From a virus: a stretch of DNA of 64,000 nt. The position numbers were made by a program, and so were the translations under genes. The DNA is taken from positions 119,358-183,357 of IMG/VR virus record IMGVR_UViG_3300032268_000973; one strand, 5' to 3'. This document shows, piece after piece, positions 1 to 11,058 of this stretch (position 1 is the stretch's first letter; each line of letters starts with the position of its first letter). The notes below the pieces were generated by a model. That model was not told where the DNA came from. It searched no databases and was given only the letters and a program-made list of their open reading frames with translations.

Positions 1-2
1 CA

Positions 3-2060
3 ACGTCGACTCAAACTCCAACACCAACACAAACTCCAGGTTATACTGTCCAATTCCAAGATTGTACAAACAGTTTAAATATATTCAGATTTTTTGACAT
101 CCCGATGACACTAACTCCAGGGTTGGTGTATTATATAAGTGGAGGAGTTGAATTTGAAGGATGTGCAACGGTTGTTGCTACAACTGGTGCAGGCGCTTTA
201 TATGATGGAGGTGGATACAGTTTTACTCAGACCGCGTCTGGATGCGCTGACGCAGTTTGTCCTACAGAATCTAATGTTGCTGCTTTATTATATAAATGTT
301 CTAATGGATCGGTATTTTATGCTAACGTAAAAGAAGATACTGCATTCTTTGGAGCAACTTATCTATATAACGGAGAATGTTACAGTTTTGTTGAATTCTC
401 AGGTCCAGGTGGACCTGATTTGAATGATCCTGATTTTGATGATTGTTCATTTTGTGTTCCGACTCCAACACCTACTAACACACCACAACCTACTCCAACT
501 CAAACACCAACCGTATCACCTTCACCTTCCGCATGTGCATTTACTGATTTTTGTTTCTATACAACTTTACCTTCTTTTTCAGGGTATAATGGAAATTATG
601 AAGTAGCAGGAACTTACAACTCAAGGTTATATTATTCTGGAGATGGTTTGACCTCTGCTGTTATTTACCACACTGGTAATTATTGGTGTTTGAGTACATC
701 ATTGGGAGGTTCTTGTTTGTTGAGAGGGTCTTACCCTTGTAAATCTCAGTGTCCTGATATTTCAGCCAATGATTTCAGTGGAGGGGTTTGTCCGACACCA
801 ACTCCAACCGCAATAGATTGTTCGACGTTCGACTTCGACGCATATTTCGATTGTGCTTACGTTCCTCCTGTAACTCCAACTCCAAGTATAGCTTGTGATG
901 ACGTAAACTTCACAATATCATCGTTTGGAGTAACTCCAACCCCTTCACCAACTGGTAACTTTTGTAGTGGAGTTGGTATTAGTTTCAGTTTGAGCGGATA
1001 TAACCCTTCAACTCCAACGGTGACTTTAACTCCATCAGTGACTCTCACTAAAACCGTTTCAATCGAAGGAGTAGTGACCTATGGAATTATGGATCAAACT
1101 TTCAGTTGTGTTTCAGTAAAAGTCCTCACGGATTGTGGATCAGGAGAAGAATTCTATACTGCAGATTCTCTGTCTTTCAATGGAACCCCTGTGGTTATTG
1201 GAATGACAATGTTTGTTCAAGTTAATGGTGTAGATCGATGTGTAGTTTACACTCGAGACGATAAGAATTTATCTTCAAATAGTAATTTGGGGGCTATCAC
1301 TCAGATATATGCTTCTTGTGAATATTGTAGCACTATCCCAACTCCAACACCAACTACGACATCAACACCAACCAATACTCCAACATCAACTGCAGGAATT
1401 ACTCCAAGTGTAACCGCAACACAAACTGCGACACCATCTCAGACTGCAACCGTTGGAACAACACCTCCACCAACTCCTACACAAACAAGTTCGCCAACGG
1501 CTACAAATACTCCAACACCATCTATTACAATGTCGCCATCAGCAACACCAAACTTCTTGTATGTGTATCAATCTTGTAACAGAATTGGTGGGGGTGCAGG
1601 AAGCTTTACTCAAGTAATTCAAACACAACCAGTTGGTTTTACTATTGCGGTCAATGAAGTGTTCAAAGATACTAACGGAAATTGTTGGTATTATGTTGGG
1701 CAATTTAATACATCTTACATTGCTCCTCCAAAAGTTACTCCAATCAACTTTGGAGGGAATTATTTTACAGGTGTTCCGAGTCAGACCTACACTGATTGTG
1801 TCACTTGTGCAACAGCTAACATCGGAACATTTGGAAATAGCGGAGTTAGTAATGTGAGTGTTGCCGACGCTTGTTCCGACGCAATAATTAACCCTAAGAC
1901 ATTATATTCTAACTGTACAGAGATAAATGTGGGATGTATATTATATGACAACTCTAATTTGACAACAGTGGTTAGTGAAATATATGTATTCCACCAAGGT
2001 GCAAACTGGGATCTTAATGGATCAGGTGTTGTAACTGGATTATCATCAACACAATGTTAA
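3..2060 (+). CDS. Cys-rich, Pro/Thr-linker virion-associated (fibre/decoration-like) protein, 5'-truncated by window edge
   Basis: The frame is open from nt 3 (TSTQTPTPTQTPGY...) into the ATG at 105, so the gene starts upstream. Several (PT)n linkers separate Cys-rich beta modules. It lies at the head of a same-strand cluster of similar proteins. Confidence 0.7.
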   Translation, partial: TSTQTPTPTQTPGYTVQFQDCTNSLNIFRFFDIPMTLTPGLVYYISGGVEFEGCATVVATTGAGALYDGGGYSFTQTASGCADAVCPTESNVAALLYKCSNGSVFYANVKEDTAFFGATYLYNGECYSFVEFSGPGGPDLNDPDFDDCSFCVPTPTPTNTPQPTPTQTPTVSPSPSACAFTDFCFYTTLPSFSGYNGNYEVAGTYNSRLYYSGDGLTSAVIYHTGNYWCLSTSLGGSCLLRGSYPCKSQCPDISANDFSGGVCPTPTPTAIDCSTFDFDAYFDCAYVPPVTPTPSIACDDVNFTISSFGVTPTPSPTGNFCSGVGISFSLSGYNPSTPTVTLTPSVTLTKTVSIEGVVTYGIMDQTFSCVSVKVLTDCGSGEEFYTADSLSFNGTPVVIGMTMFVQVNGVDRCVVYTRDDKNLSSNSNLGAITQIYASCEYCSTIPTPTPTTTSTPTNTPTSTAGITPSVTATQTATPSQTATVGTTPPPTPTQTSSPTATNTPTPSITMSPSATPNFLYVYQSCNRIGGGAGSFTQVIQTQPVGFTIAVNEVFKDTNGNCWYYVGQFNTSYIAPPKVTPINFGGNYFTGVPSQTYTDCVTCATANIGTFGNSGVSNVSVADACSDAIINPKTLYSNCTEINVGCILYDNSNLTTVVSEIYVFHQGANWDLNGSGVVTGLSSTQC

Positions 2061-2072
2061 ACAAAATTTGAA

Positions 2073-5000
2073 ATGGAAGTTCAATGTACGATAAATAATA
2101 TAACAGGACAGACCCCCTACGACATATATGTTTGTCAAACGGATGGTAGTGGTTGTTTTTATATTTCAACTATAAATAACTCATCTTTCCCTTATGTGTT
2201 TAACATACCAGCACCATACAACACTTCACCAAATTATATGATCAAGGCAATTGACGCCAATAACTGTATTATATCAGGAAGTAGCGCTGTTCAATTCTTT
2301 CCAACTCCTACACCAACCCCTTGGGACTTCTGTTACGAACTTGATGGAGGATTCAACAATCAAGCGGAGGCTGCGGTTGAAGATTCGAGTGGAAGAATTA
2401 TTTTTGGTGGTATTTTTACAACTTATAGTGGGCAATCATTCAATCGAATTGTTCGTGTCAATAGTAATGGCAGTATTGATAACACGTTCACTATTGGAAC
2501 TGGATTCGATAATGACGTTTATGCAGTTGAATTACAACCTGATGGAAAAATTCTTGTTGGAGGTATATTCTCATCTTATAGTGGAGTTTCTGCGAATAAA
2601 ATCATACGACTTAATTCTGACGGAACTGTGGATAATACATTTTCTAGTGGTTCTGGTTTTAATTTTTCAGTATGGTCTTTTGCAGTACAACCTGACGGGA
2701 AAATAGTTGTGGGTGGAGGATTTACTACTTACAGTGGGCAATCGGCTAATTCGATTATCAGATTAAACAGTGATGGCTCGATTGATAACTCATTTAGTAT
2801 TGGTTCAGGATTGAATAACATTGCATACGATATTATTGAACAAACGGACGGTAAAAAGTTAGTTCTTGGTTCATTTACGTCTTACAGTGGACAAACACAT
2901 AATAGAATTCTTAGATTGAATAACGACGGGACCGTTGACAATACCCTGAACGTTGGGACTGGATTCAATAGTGAGGTGTATTCATGTGTATTGGAAGATG
3001 ATGGAAAAATGGTAATTGTAGGACTTTTCGACCAATTTAGTGGACAAACTTACCGTCAAATTGTAAAATTGAATGCTGATGGATCGATTGATAATACATT
3101 TAATGTTGGAACTGGATTCCAAAGGTCTGTTGGATTATGTTTTGCTTTGAGTGTCTTCAAGTATGACACAAAATATTTTATTACAGGTGATTTTGATTTT
3201 TATAATGGAAATAGTGCAAATGGACTGATACAGCTCAATAGTGATGGAAGTAAGGATACCTCATTCAATTACGGAACAGGATTATTATTTAGTGGTACTT
3301 CTTTCAATACAGGATTACTTCTCTCAAGCGGAGTTCACATAGTCTATGGCCAATTTACTCAATATAATGGATATGAAGTGAATGATGTGGCTTATTTGAA
3401 TCCATTTGGTACTTTATTGAATTGTCCTCAATTGACACCAACACCTACTGCAACGCCAACATTGACCCCAACAAATACACCAACAACTACAAGAACCCCA
3501 ACAAATACACCAACAACCACTTCAACTCCAACAAATACACCAACAACCACTTCAACTCCAACAACTACACCAACAACTACAACAACTCCAACTAATACTT
3601 CAACAATTAATATTACACCTACTGCGACGCCAACAAATACAACAACAACTACAACAACTCCAACGCCATCCCCTACGTATGGTGGACTCACACCATTTGT
3701 TTCAGTTTGGAATACTTCGAATACTAGTGTAGGGTCGAGTGCTTCAAATCAGATTGCATTACCGCTTCAATCAAGCGGAGCTTATAATTTTGTTGTAAAT
3801 TGGGGTGATAGTAACACCAACACAATCACGTCTTGGAACCAACCTGAAGTGACTCATACTTACGCAAGTCCTGGCCAATATACAATTACAATTAGTGGAA
3901 CTTGCGAAGACTTCGGATTTGGAGGAGGAGGTGATAGGAATAAACTTCTGACTATTATATCTTTCGGGAATGTGGTTTTAGGTGATATTACAACACAATT
4001 CTCCAACTGTTTTAATTTAACTTTGACTGGAGTCACTGATACTCCTGATTTATCATCTATGACTACATTAGCGCAAATGTTCTATGGATGTAGTGGGTTG
4101 ACTACAATTAACAATATAAATTTGTGGGATGTAAGTAACATAACTAACATGCTGAGCATGTTTCAAGGGGCAACTAATTTTAACGATGATATAAGTTCTT
4201 GGGATGTTTCAAACGTGACTAATACGTCTTACATGTTCTCAGCGGCACAAGATTTCAATCAGGATATTGGTAGTTGGGATGTTTCTAATGTTACAAATAT
4301 GGGTGGTATGTTCCAATTTGCAAGTAGTTTCAATCAAGATTTGAACACTTGGAACGTATCAAGTGCTACAACTTTTTCCTATATGTTCCAAGGAGCAACA
4401 GCATTTGATAGCAACATTAGTTCTTGGAATGTTTCGAACGCCACAACTATGGTTCAAATGTTCGATCAAGCAACTTCATTCAACCAAAGTATAAGTGGAT
4501 GGAATGTATCTAACGTCACAACCATGATTGGTATGTTTGGTTCTGCATCATCATTCAACCAAAATATTGATTCTTGGAATGTTTCTAACGTTACGAACAT
4601 GGCGTCTATGTTCACTAATGCGGATAGTTTCAATCAGAGTTTGAATAGTTGGAATGTTTCTAATGTTACGAACATGGCGGGAATGTTTAGTTTGGCTAAT
4701 GTATTCAATGGAGACATAACATCTTGGAATGTTTCAGGGGTGACCAATATGGGCCAAATGTTTCTATCTGCAGTTAGTTTTAACCGAAATATTGGTAGTT
4801 GGAACGTTTCAAATGTAACAAATATGGGTCAAATGTTTGCTTCAGCGTCAATCTTCAATCAGGATATTAGTTCTTGGGATGTTTCGAGTGTAACAGATAT
4901 GGGATCGATGTTTAATAGCGCTTTAGCATTTAACCAAAATATTGATACATGGGATGTTTCGAGTGTAACAGATATGTTCTTCATGTTTTCTAATGCAAAT

Positions 5001-5630
5001 AGTTTTAATCAAAATCTTAATAGTTGGAACGTTTCAAATGTAACTACAATGGAGTTAATGTTCTATGGTGCGGACAATTTTAATGGAAATGTCAGTAATT
5101 GGAATGTATCAGGAGTAACAAGCATGGCAGGAATGTTTTGGGACGCGACTACATTTAATCAAAATATTGGTGGTTGGGATGTTTCAAATGTCACCGATAT
5201 GAGTAGAATGTTCCGAAGTGCGGCGGCATTCAATCAAAACATCAGTGGATGGGATGTATCTAGTGTCACTAACATGCTAGAAATGTTCTATTTAGCCGCA
5301 AACTTCAATCAAAACATTGGTGGATGGGATGTTTCGAGTGTAACAGATATGGAGGGAATGTTCAATAGTGCAAGTATTTTCGATCAAAATATCGGAAGCT
5401 GGGATATTTCTAATGTGACTAATTTTGTAGATTTCATGAACAATAAAACATTTACGAATTATAGTTCAACTAACCTTAATGCTATTTATAATGGATGGAG
5501 TTTGTTGACCCTACAACCTAATATAGTGATTGATTTCAATACAATAAAATACACTGCGGCTGGACAATCAGGAAGAAACATTTTGACAGGAGCCCCAAAC
5601 AATTGGTCAATTACTGACGGAGGTATATAA
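2073..5630 (+). CDS. Large adhesin/receptor-binding-like protein: N-terminal shared domain + delta-60 beta-propeller + PT linker + PKD-like domain + BspA/DUF285 repeats
   Basis: Repeated (L/V)QPDGKI(L/V)VGG ... DG(S/T)(I/V)DN(T/S)F blades (about 7); VNWGD..N...THTY PKD-like segment; 18 W(D/N)VS(N/S)VT(N/D)M repeats. Confidence 0.85.
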   Translation: MEVQCTINNITGQTPYDIYVCQTDGSGCFYISTINNSSFPYVFNIPAPYNTSPNYMIKAIDANNCIISGSSAVQFFPTPTPTPWDFCYELDGGFNNQAEAAVEDSSGRIIFGGIFTTYSGQSFNRIVRVNSNGSIDNTFTIGTGFDNDVYAVELQPDGKILVGGIFSSYSGVSANKIIRLNSDGTVDNTFSSGSGFNFSVWSFAVQPDGKIVVGGGFTTYSGQSANSIIRLNSDGSIDNSFSIGSGLNNIAYDIIEQTDGKKLVLGSFTSYSGQTHNRILRLNNDGTVDNTLNVGTGFNSEVYSCVLEDDGKMVIVGLFDQFSGQTYRQIVKLNADGSIDNTFNVGTGFQRSVGLCFALSVFKYDTKYFITGDFDFYNGNSANGLIQLNSDGSKDTSFNYGTGLLFSGTSFNTGLLLSSGVHIVYGQFTQYNGYEVNDVAYLNPFGTLLNCPQLTPTPTATPTLTPTNTPTTTRTPTNTPTTTSTPTNTPTTTSTPTTTPTTTTTPTNTSTINITPTATPTNTTTTTTTPTPSPTYGGLTPFVSVWNTSNTSVGSSASNQIALPLQSSGAYNFVVNWGDSNTNTITSWNQPEVTHTYASPGQYTITISGTCEDFGFGGGGDRNKLLTIISFGNVVLGDITTQFSNCFNLTLTGVTDTPDLSSMTTLAQMFYGCSGLTTINNINLWDVSNITNMLSMFQGATNFNDDISSWDVSNVTNTSYMFSAAQDFNQDIGSWDVSNVTNMGGMFQFASSFNQDLNTWNVSSATTFSYMFQGATAFDSNISSWNVSNATTMVQMFDQATSFNQSISGWNVSNVTTMIGMFGSASSFNQNIDSWNVSNVTNMASMFTNADSFNQSLNSWNVSNVTNMAGMFSLANVFNGDITSWNVSGVTNMGQMFLSAVSFNRNIGSWNVSNVTNMGQMFASASIFNQDISSWDVSSVTDMGSMFNSALAFNQNIDTWDVSSVTDMFFMFSNANSFNQNLNSWNVSNVTTMELMFYGADNFNGNVSNWNVSGVTSMAGMFWDATTFNQNIGGWDVSNVTDMSRMFRSAAAFNQNISGWDVSSVTNMLEMFYLAANFNQNIGGWDVSSVTDMEGMFNSASIFDQNIGSWDISNVTNFVDFMNNKTFTNYSSTNLNAIYNGWSLLTLQPNIVIDFNTIKYTAAGQSGRNILTGAPNNWSITDGGI
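3471..3670 (+). repeat. 30-nt-period tandem repeats encoding the Thr/Pro linker
   Basis: acaaatacaccaacaaccacttcaactcca occurs twice exactly (3501-3560), flanked by degenerate copies. Confidence 0.85.
4125..5474 (+). repeat. Intragenic tandem array of 18 x 75-nt (25-aa) BspA/DUF285-type repeats
   Basis: The Trp codon of the first repeat is at 4125 and that of the last at 5400, i.e. exactly 17 x 75 nt apart. The end coordinate is approximate. Confidence 0.9.
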
Positions 5631-5641
5631 ATAAAAAAATT

Positions 5642-6289
5642 ATGAGTCGACAAGTAACAATAACTTCAGTAACCGCAAACACCCCAGTTGATGTATATTA
5701 CTGTAATGCATTTAGTGCGAGTTGTGTGTCTGTTGGAACGGTTTCAACTTTTCCTTTCACCTTTACGGTTCCCTCACCTAATGATGAGACAAACATCGTT
5801 ATCAAAATTGAGGACAACAATGGTTGTATTGATGGAGAAGTAATTTATATAACACCGACACCAACATCTACAGTTACTCCGACAGTAACTAAGACTCCCA
5901 CAAACACCCCTACAATAACTAAGACTCCTACAAATACTCCAACACTTTCACCTACAAATACTCTAAGTCCAACTACAACCCCAACGTTCACTCCTACACC
6001 ATCTACTACACCAAACTTTGGATTACATTTGGTTGGTCAAAACACATTTCCTACTTCTGCAAATACTTGTAGTGATACTTTTACATCGGTAAATTATTAT
6101 ACGTATATAAGTCAGGCAAATACTGTTCCTGTAGTCGGCGCAGTGATTTATCAGACAGCTTTCGGAGGATCTTTATATAATCCATACAATGGTAATAATA
6201 GATTCACCAAGTTTACTTTCGGAGGTAATAATTACGCGGTTCAGGTGGATACTAGTGGGATGATAACAAGTTTTGTTGCGTGTCCATAA
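5642..6289 (+). CDS. PT-linker virion-associated protein sharing the N-terminal domain with 2073..5630
   Basis: N-terminal ~65 aa (TANTPVDVYYC...C...FPFTFTVPSP...IKIEDNNGC) aligns by eye with (TGQTPYDIYVC...C...FPYVFNIPAP...IKAIDANNC). Confidence 0.75.
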   Translation: MSRQVTITSVTANTPVDVYYCNAFSASCVSVGTVSTFPFTFTVPSPNDETNIVIKIEDNNGCIDGEVIYITPTPTSTVTPTVTKTPTNTPTITKTPTNTPTLSPTNTLSPTTTPTFTPTPSTTPNFGLHLVGQNTFPTSANTCSDTFTSVNYYTYISQANTVPVVGAVIYQTAFGGSLYNPYNGNNRFTKFTFGGNNYAVQVDTSGMITSFVACP

Positions 6290-6352
6290 ACTTCACAAAT
6301 GTATACAAAATATTGTGAGTTCTTATAATTATAAGATATAATAAATTATTAG

Positions 6353-8842
6353 ATGTGTACTTGTTTTTACATTGAAGTCCCATTTGAATTGTCCACCAGT
6401 GGAGGGCAACAATTGTATGTTGTGTATACAGATTGTAACGGAGTTACTCAAAATACAAATACCGCGACTCTCCCAACAATAAATATTTCAGGAGGATTTG
6501 CATTCTATGTTTGTTCATTTTTATCTAATGCTCCGACTTTCAAATATGGCTTTTTCGGTGATATCGAAGTAATTGGTGGTATTACAGTTACAGACACTGG
6601 AAACAGTTGTATTGATGATTCGAGTTGTTATCCCTCAGTCACACCAAGTCAAACTGCAACACCAACCAACACTCCAACAAATACACCAACCCAAACCGCG
6701 ACTGTAACTCCAACAAGCACACCGAGACCTACTCCAACAATTACCTCGTCTCCAACGGTAACACCAACTCAGACAAGAACTCCGAATGCAACTCCGTCTC
6801 CCACACCAATTTTGTGTGGACAAGCTTTCACTTCGGTAAACCCTGGTAGCACTTATTTCTATACCGATTGTTGCGGAAATTTCCAACAAGGGACAGAGAG
6901 TGGTTTATCCATAACAATGGATTATACCAAGCCATCGAATGGGGTTGTGAAGTTGAACGTGACGGCTTCGGTCAGTTGTCCAACACCAACACCAACCAAG
7001 ACTCCAACTCAAACACCAACTGTAACAACCACACCTACAGTAACACCAACCAATACAACCACACCTACCTTAACGAGAACACCAAGTCCGACTCCAACTA
7101 ATAGCCAAGTTTTTTCCTTAAGAAACAATTGTGAAACTTTCACTCTATTTGATATGGGAGTTTCCTGTTTACCAATAGTATATCCTAACTCATCGAGTTC
7201 TTTGGATGGAATATTATCATTAAGAATTACAGGAGGAACAAGTCCATATTCAATTTATTGGGCAGGTGGACAAAGGACACAAACATTGGTTGGAATACCA
7301 CAAGGTAACTATGAAGTCACCGTTGTTGATTATTATGGTGACTATACCGCATCTACAATTTGTAGTCTATTCCCTCCAACACAAACAATCACACCTTCAC
7401 CAACAGCAACTCCTACAGTTACACCATCTGGTGTTTGTCCTCAGTTGTGTCTAATAGCTATAAGTGATTCTACATCATACGGACCACTTCAATTCAATTG
7501 CAACGGAATGAGAAATGGAAGAACTACTTGGAGAACGTCAAATGGTCAGTATAACATCGTATGGAATCCTGCATCTGTAAGATGGGAGGTCACAGGATCG
7601 GATCCAACTGTATTGTTTAATCCAGTTGGAGGTGGAATATTTGCTAGCACGTCTACATCAATGGTTCCACTTTCAGCGTGGGGTATCATTGGTGGAGTGA
7701 ATACATATAAGTTAACGATGACTCAAGGAACTTGTCCTCCTGTTATCCCTGTACAAGTAAGTTTGACAGTTGATAATAGTTCTTGTAATACTGTATCTAG
7801 TTGTGATGGATCTATTACGGTTAACGCCACATACGGATATCCACCATATCTGTTCTCGATAAACAATGGATCGACTTACCAATCAACCAATACTTTTGAA
7901 GATCTATGTTCAGGTTCTTACAATGTTCTTGTGGTAGATTCGGCTGGTAATTCTCAAATAGTTGGAACAACAGTTGGATTTGATTTCCAACCTACAACTT
8001 ATCAATTGTCATTGAGTGCTAACACCTCAGCGGCACAAACTACAAGTTTGAGTAACTACAACTCGAGCACAACTTATTATCAAGTGGTAAGTAATCCACC
8101 TTTGCCTGTTGGACTGACTATTGGATTCAATCTTACACTTTCATCAATTAAAACTTTCAATGGCCCTGGTACAGGAACTATAACTGACACATTCTCTATC
8201 ACACAGAATGGCTTAACTAAGACACCTGTGTCTTCTCAAGTATCTACACAAACTGGTGGAAGACCAAATTGTAGCCCTGAAACTTATTCAGCAGTAACTG
8301 AGGCTGATACATACAGTTTACAGATTGGAAATGGATCACCAGTGTTGATTACAAACACGTCGGTATTGAGTATTACAAATGGAGCGGCAGGTGCCCAAAG
8401 TAACTGTTTGACAAATCTTACACAACAAATATTTGCACAGATTACTCAAGCATCTGTTAACGGATGTGCTTGTTGCACTGTGGTTGCGGATGCCACATCC
8501 AATACAATCAACAATAATAGTGTGACATATAACGCGACTGGTAACGCACCGTCCAAACCTCTTAATGGAACTGCTAATGTTCTTTGTGGGTTTAATGACA
8601 TCAATACTGTGTTGATCAACAATATTGTTGGTGGTTCAGGTCAATATGATATGACGGATACCTATTATGAAACTTGTGCTGATGCATTGAATGGATCGTT
8701 TAGTTCGATTGTAGGAACGTCAAAAGATTATCTATATATTCCAAGTGGAACCGTATACTTCGGACTTAGAGATTCTAATAACCCATCTAACAAGACTTGT
8801 ATAACTGTGGTAGTAAATTGCGACTTCGGAGCTATAGCATAA
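6353..8842 (+). CDS. PT-linker protein with SprB-like repeats (virion fibre/adhesin-like)
   Basis: ITGGTSPYSIYW...GNYEVTVVD and CDGSITVNATYGYPPYLFSINNG...GSYNVLVVDS are SprB-repeat-like. Confidence 0.7.
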   Translation: MCTCFYIEVPFELSTSGGQQLYVVYTDCNGVTQNTNTATLPTINISGGFAFYVCSFLSNAPTFKYGFFGDIEVIGGITVTDTGNSCIDDSSCYPSVTPSQTATPTNTPTNTPTQTATVTPTSTPRPTPTITSSPTVTPTQTRTPNATPSPTPILCGQAFTSVNPGSTYFYTDCCGNFQQGTESGLSITMDYTKPSNGVVKLNVTASVSCPTPTPTKTPTQTPTVTTTPTVTPTNTTTPTLTRTPSPTPTNSQVFSLRNNCETFTLFDMGVSCLPIVYPNSSSSLDGILSLRITGGTSPYSIYWAGGQRTQTLVGIPQGNYEVTVVDYYGDYTASTICSLFPPTQTITPSPTATPTVTPSGVCPQLCLIAISDSTSYGPLQFNCNGMRNGRTTWRTSNGQYNIVWNPASVRWEVTGSDPTVLFNPVGGGIFASTSTSMVPLSAWGIIGGVNTYKLTMTQGTCPPVIPVQVSLTVDNSSCNTVSSCDGSITVNATYGYPPYLFSINNGSTYQSTNTFEDLCSGSYNVLVVDSAGNSQIVGTTVGFDFQPTTYQLSLSANTSAAQTTSLSNYNSSTTYYQVVSNPPLPVGLTIGFNLTLSSIKTFNGPGTGTITDTFSITQNGLTKTPVSSQVSTQTGGRPNCSPETYSAVTEADTYSLQIGNGSPVLITNTSVLSITNGAAGAQSNCLTNLTQQIFAQITQASVNGCACCTVVADATSNTINNNSVTYNATGNAPSKPLNGTANVLCGFNDINTVLINNIVGGSGQYDMTDTYYETCADALNGSFSSIVGTSKDYLYIPSGTVYFGLRDSNNPSNKTCITVVVNCDFGAIA

Positions 8843-8868
8843 AAAAACAGAATAACTATTTATAGACA

Positions 8869-11055
8869 ATGGCATATATTATTAAAAATACCGCGGGATT
8901 GATTAACACCAGATTGACTGATGTTGGTAGGAGAAATTTGTCCCAAGGTAATTTCAGTATTTCTTATTTTCAAATAGGAGATAGTGAAGTCAGTTACACT
9001 GCAGTCCCAAATTACAATCAAACAAATAATAATATTTTGATGCCAGCATTCAATGCTCAGAATGATACAGGGTCGCCACAGTCTAACAAACAAAATATAA
9101 AATATCCATATTACGTTCAAGGAACAACAGGCAATACATATGGTATTCCGTTTATGGATTCTAATTTCCAACAAGTTTATAACTCTGCTGGTGTAAAAGG
9201 TTTCTTCACCACAGGGACTACTGAGATTCAAACAAATTCGGCTTATACGATTACATCAAACTTTTGGGTTGATATGTCAACCGTTTCTGGACAAACTATA
9301 TTGGATATCGAATTTGATCCAAACGTTTGTGATTTAACAACAACAGGCACTCCATCGATAAATGATTTTGTTACAATAGTTTATGATGGTAATGGTGGTT
9401 GTGGGGACTTTGTAACAAATCAAATCTTAACCTATAAAATTCAAAATATGAGTCCTGTGACAGGCACAACAGGATCTACATTTACTTTGACATTGGATAG
9501 AGCTCTACCAAATTACGACTTTTTACCAGTTCAAACAAACTTCGCTAGACTATATGTTTATCCATCTGGAATGACTGAACTTTATGATTTTGTTACACCT
9601 GCACCATATTGGCAAACTGACACGTTGAATTTTGAGTCACCTTGTGATGTGAGCAACAGAGAGAATACTCCCATTTGGAACATGAATATCCCTTGGACTG
9701 AGAGTCCCGCAGGTTTGTTTAGTAACCAATACGAAGACTATACAAAATTTGGATCAGTATCTTATATCGGAACAAAGGAGTATTTGGGGTACAACGAACC
9801 ATCAGGTCAGACCGATACAAGCCAAGTTTTCTACTATAACTCTTTTGATGAAAAAATTATAGTTAGACCACAAGATCAGAAAGCAATTGCAATCATCCAC
9901 TACACAAATCAAGATATTGATCACGTGTATGGTGAGAAGTTCTCAACACAACCGTTCGACCCACAGAATCCAACAGATGATATTGGTTTGGCTAGACACC
10001 TCAAATTGTCGATCCCAACTTTGATGTGGCACAAATCAACTGGATCGACAATCGGTCAGACATTCTTTATCGATCCTCCAGGATATGATTTGTGTAAACC
10101 ATATTATATCAAGTCAACTAAGAATATTGATATGAATGATCCTGGTATTAGATATTTCCACTTATGGGACACTAACGCTGACTCCAATGGAAACCTTAAT
10201 AGAATAGGTAAAGTATTCCCTGATCAAGAAATTATTGTTATAGATGATGAAGAAGTTATTGCAGCATTGTCCTACAAGTCTAATAGAAATTTCACGTTGC
10301 CAGCACCTAAGGTTAATCTATTGACTCCGAATATTTGTGATACGGGGAATAGTTCAACTGGACTTATGACCGATCCAACCCAAAGATTGTGGGTTAGTTA
10401 TTTGTTCGAATCTCAGACTGGTGTTACAAGTTCTTTACATTGTAACTATTATTCTCAAGTTGTTGCAAATGATACTGTGACAGCAAACACTCAGAACGTT
10501 GCTGTAAGATTCGCAGGAGAATTTAATTTCTTAGGAACAAATCAGTTCACAGGATATACCGCCACATCAATGAAGATAATCTGTCAGCTCGTTACGGGAG
10601 ACACAAGACCATCACCGACGGCTTGGAGAGAGATAGATGTGACATCCGCAATGACTTTGTCAAATGGTTATATCACTCAAAATTCATTGACAGGAACTAC
10701 ATTCCAAATCACAGCAGATGACTACAACAATGCATCAATTTACCAACTACAAAATTATTTGGATATTCCATTGAACGGACAAACAAATGTATTGAACTTT
10801 GGAGACGAGTATTATTTTTATGGAAACTTTGAAACAGACATTTCTGCAACGATTTATGAGATGAAGTATCTCGTCAATTTAAACAGAAATCAGTTTACAG
10901 ATACATCCAATCCGACTTGGACAAAAGGATCAAAATCATATATTACTGAAATTGGTCTTTACGACTCCAACAAAGATCTTATAGTTATATCTAAGCTACA
11001 ATCACCAGAGTTACGTCAAGGAATTCAACAGTTCGTAGTAAAATTAGATTTTTAA
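8869..11055 (+). CDS. Putative virion structural protein (baseplate/tail-fibre attachment-like)
   Basis: N-terminal LTDVGRRNLSQGNFSISYFQIGDSE and C-terminal YITEIGLYDSNKDLIVISKL resemble phage tail/baseplate proteins. TATTTAT motif 5 nt upstream. Confidence 0.6.
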   Translation: MAYIIKNTAGLINTRLTDVGRRNLSQGNFSISYFQIGDSEVSYTAVPNYNQTNNNILMPAFNAQNDTGSPQSNKQNIKYPYYVQGTTGNTYGIPFMDSNFQQVYNSAGVKGFFTTGTTEIQTNSAYTITSNFWVDMSTVSGQTILDIEFDPNVCDLTTTGTPSINDFVTIVYDGNGGCGDFVTNQILTYKIQNMSPVTGTTGSTFTLTLDRALPNYDFLPVQTNFARLYVYPSGMTELYDFVTPAPYWQTDTLNFESPCDVSNRENTPIWNMNIPWTESPAGLFSNQYEDYTKFGSVSYIGTKEYLGYNEPSGQTDTSQVFYYNSFDEKIIVRPQDQKAIAIIHYTNQDIDHVYGEKFSTQPFDPQNPTDDIGLARHLKLSIPTLMWHKSTGSTIGQTFFIDPPGYDLCKPYYIKSTKNIDMNDPGIRYFHLWDTNADSNGNLNRIGKVFPDQEIIVIDDEEVIAALSYKSNRNFTLPAPKVNLLTPNICDTGNSSTGLMTDPTQRLWVSYLFESQTGVTSSLHCNYYSQVVANDTVTANTQNVAVRFAGEFNFLGTNQFTGYTATSMKIICQLVTGDTRPSPTAWREIDVTSAMTLSNGYITQNSLTGTTFQITADDYNNASIYQLQNYLDIPLNGQTNVLNFGDEYYFYGNFETDISATIYEMKYLVNLNRNQFTDTSNPTWTKGSKSYITEIGLYDSNKDLIVISKLQSPELRQGIQQFVVKLDF

Positions 11056-11058
11056 TTT

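Noticed and set aside
2627-2635. Isolated perfect DnaA boxes at 2627 and 60273
   Set aside because: Single copies inside coding sequence, consistent with chance.
1-8842. Tandem repeats as a CRISPR array or DGR variable region
   Set aside because: The repeats are in-frame coding units (30-nt Thr/Pro linkers, 75-nt BspA repeats) without unique spacers. No cas or reverse transcriptase gene is in the window, and I saw no adenine-specific TR/VR pair.
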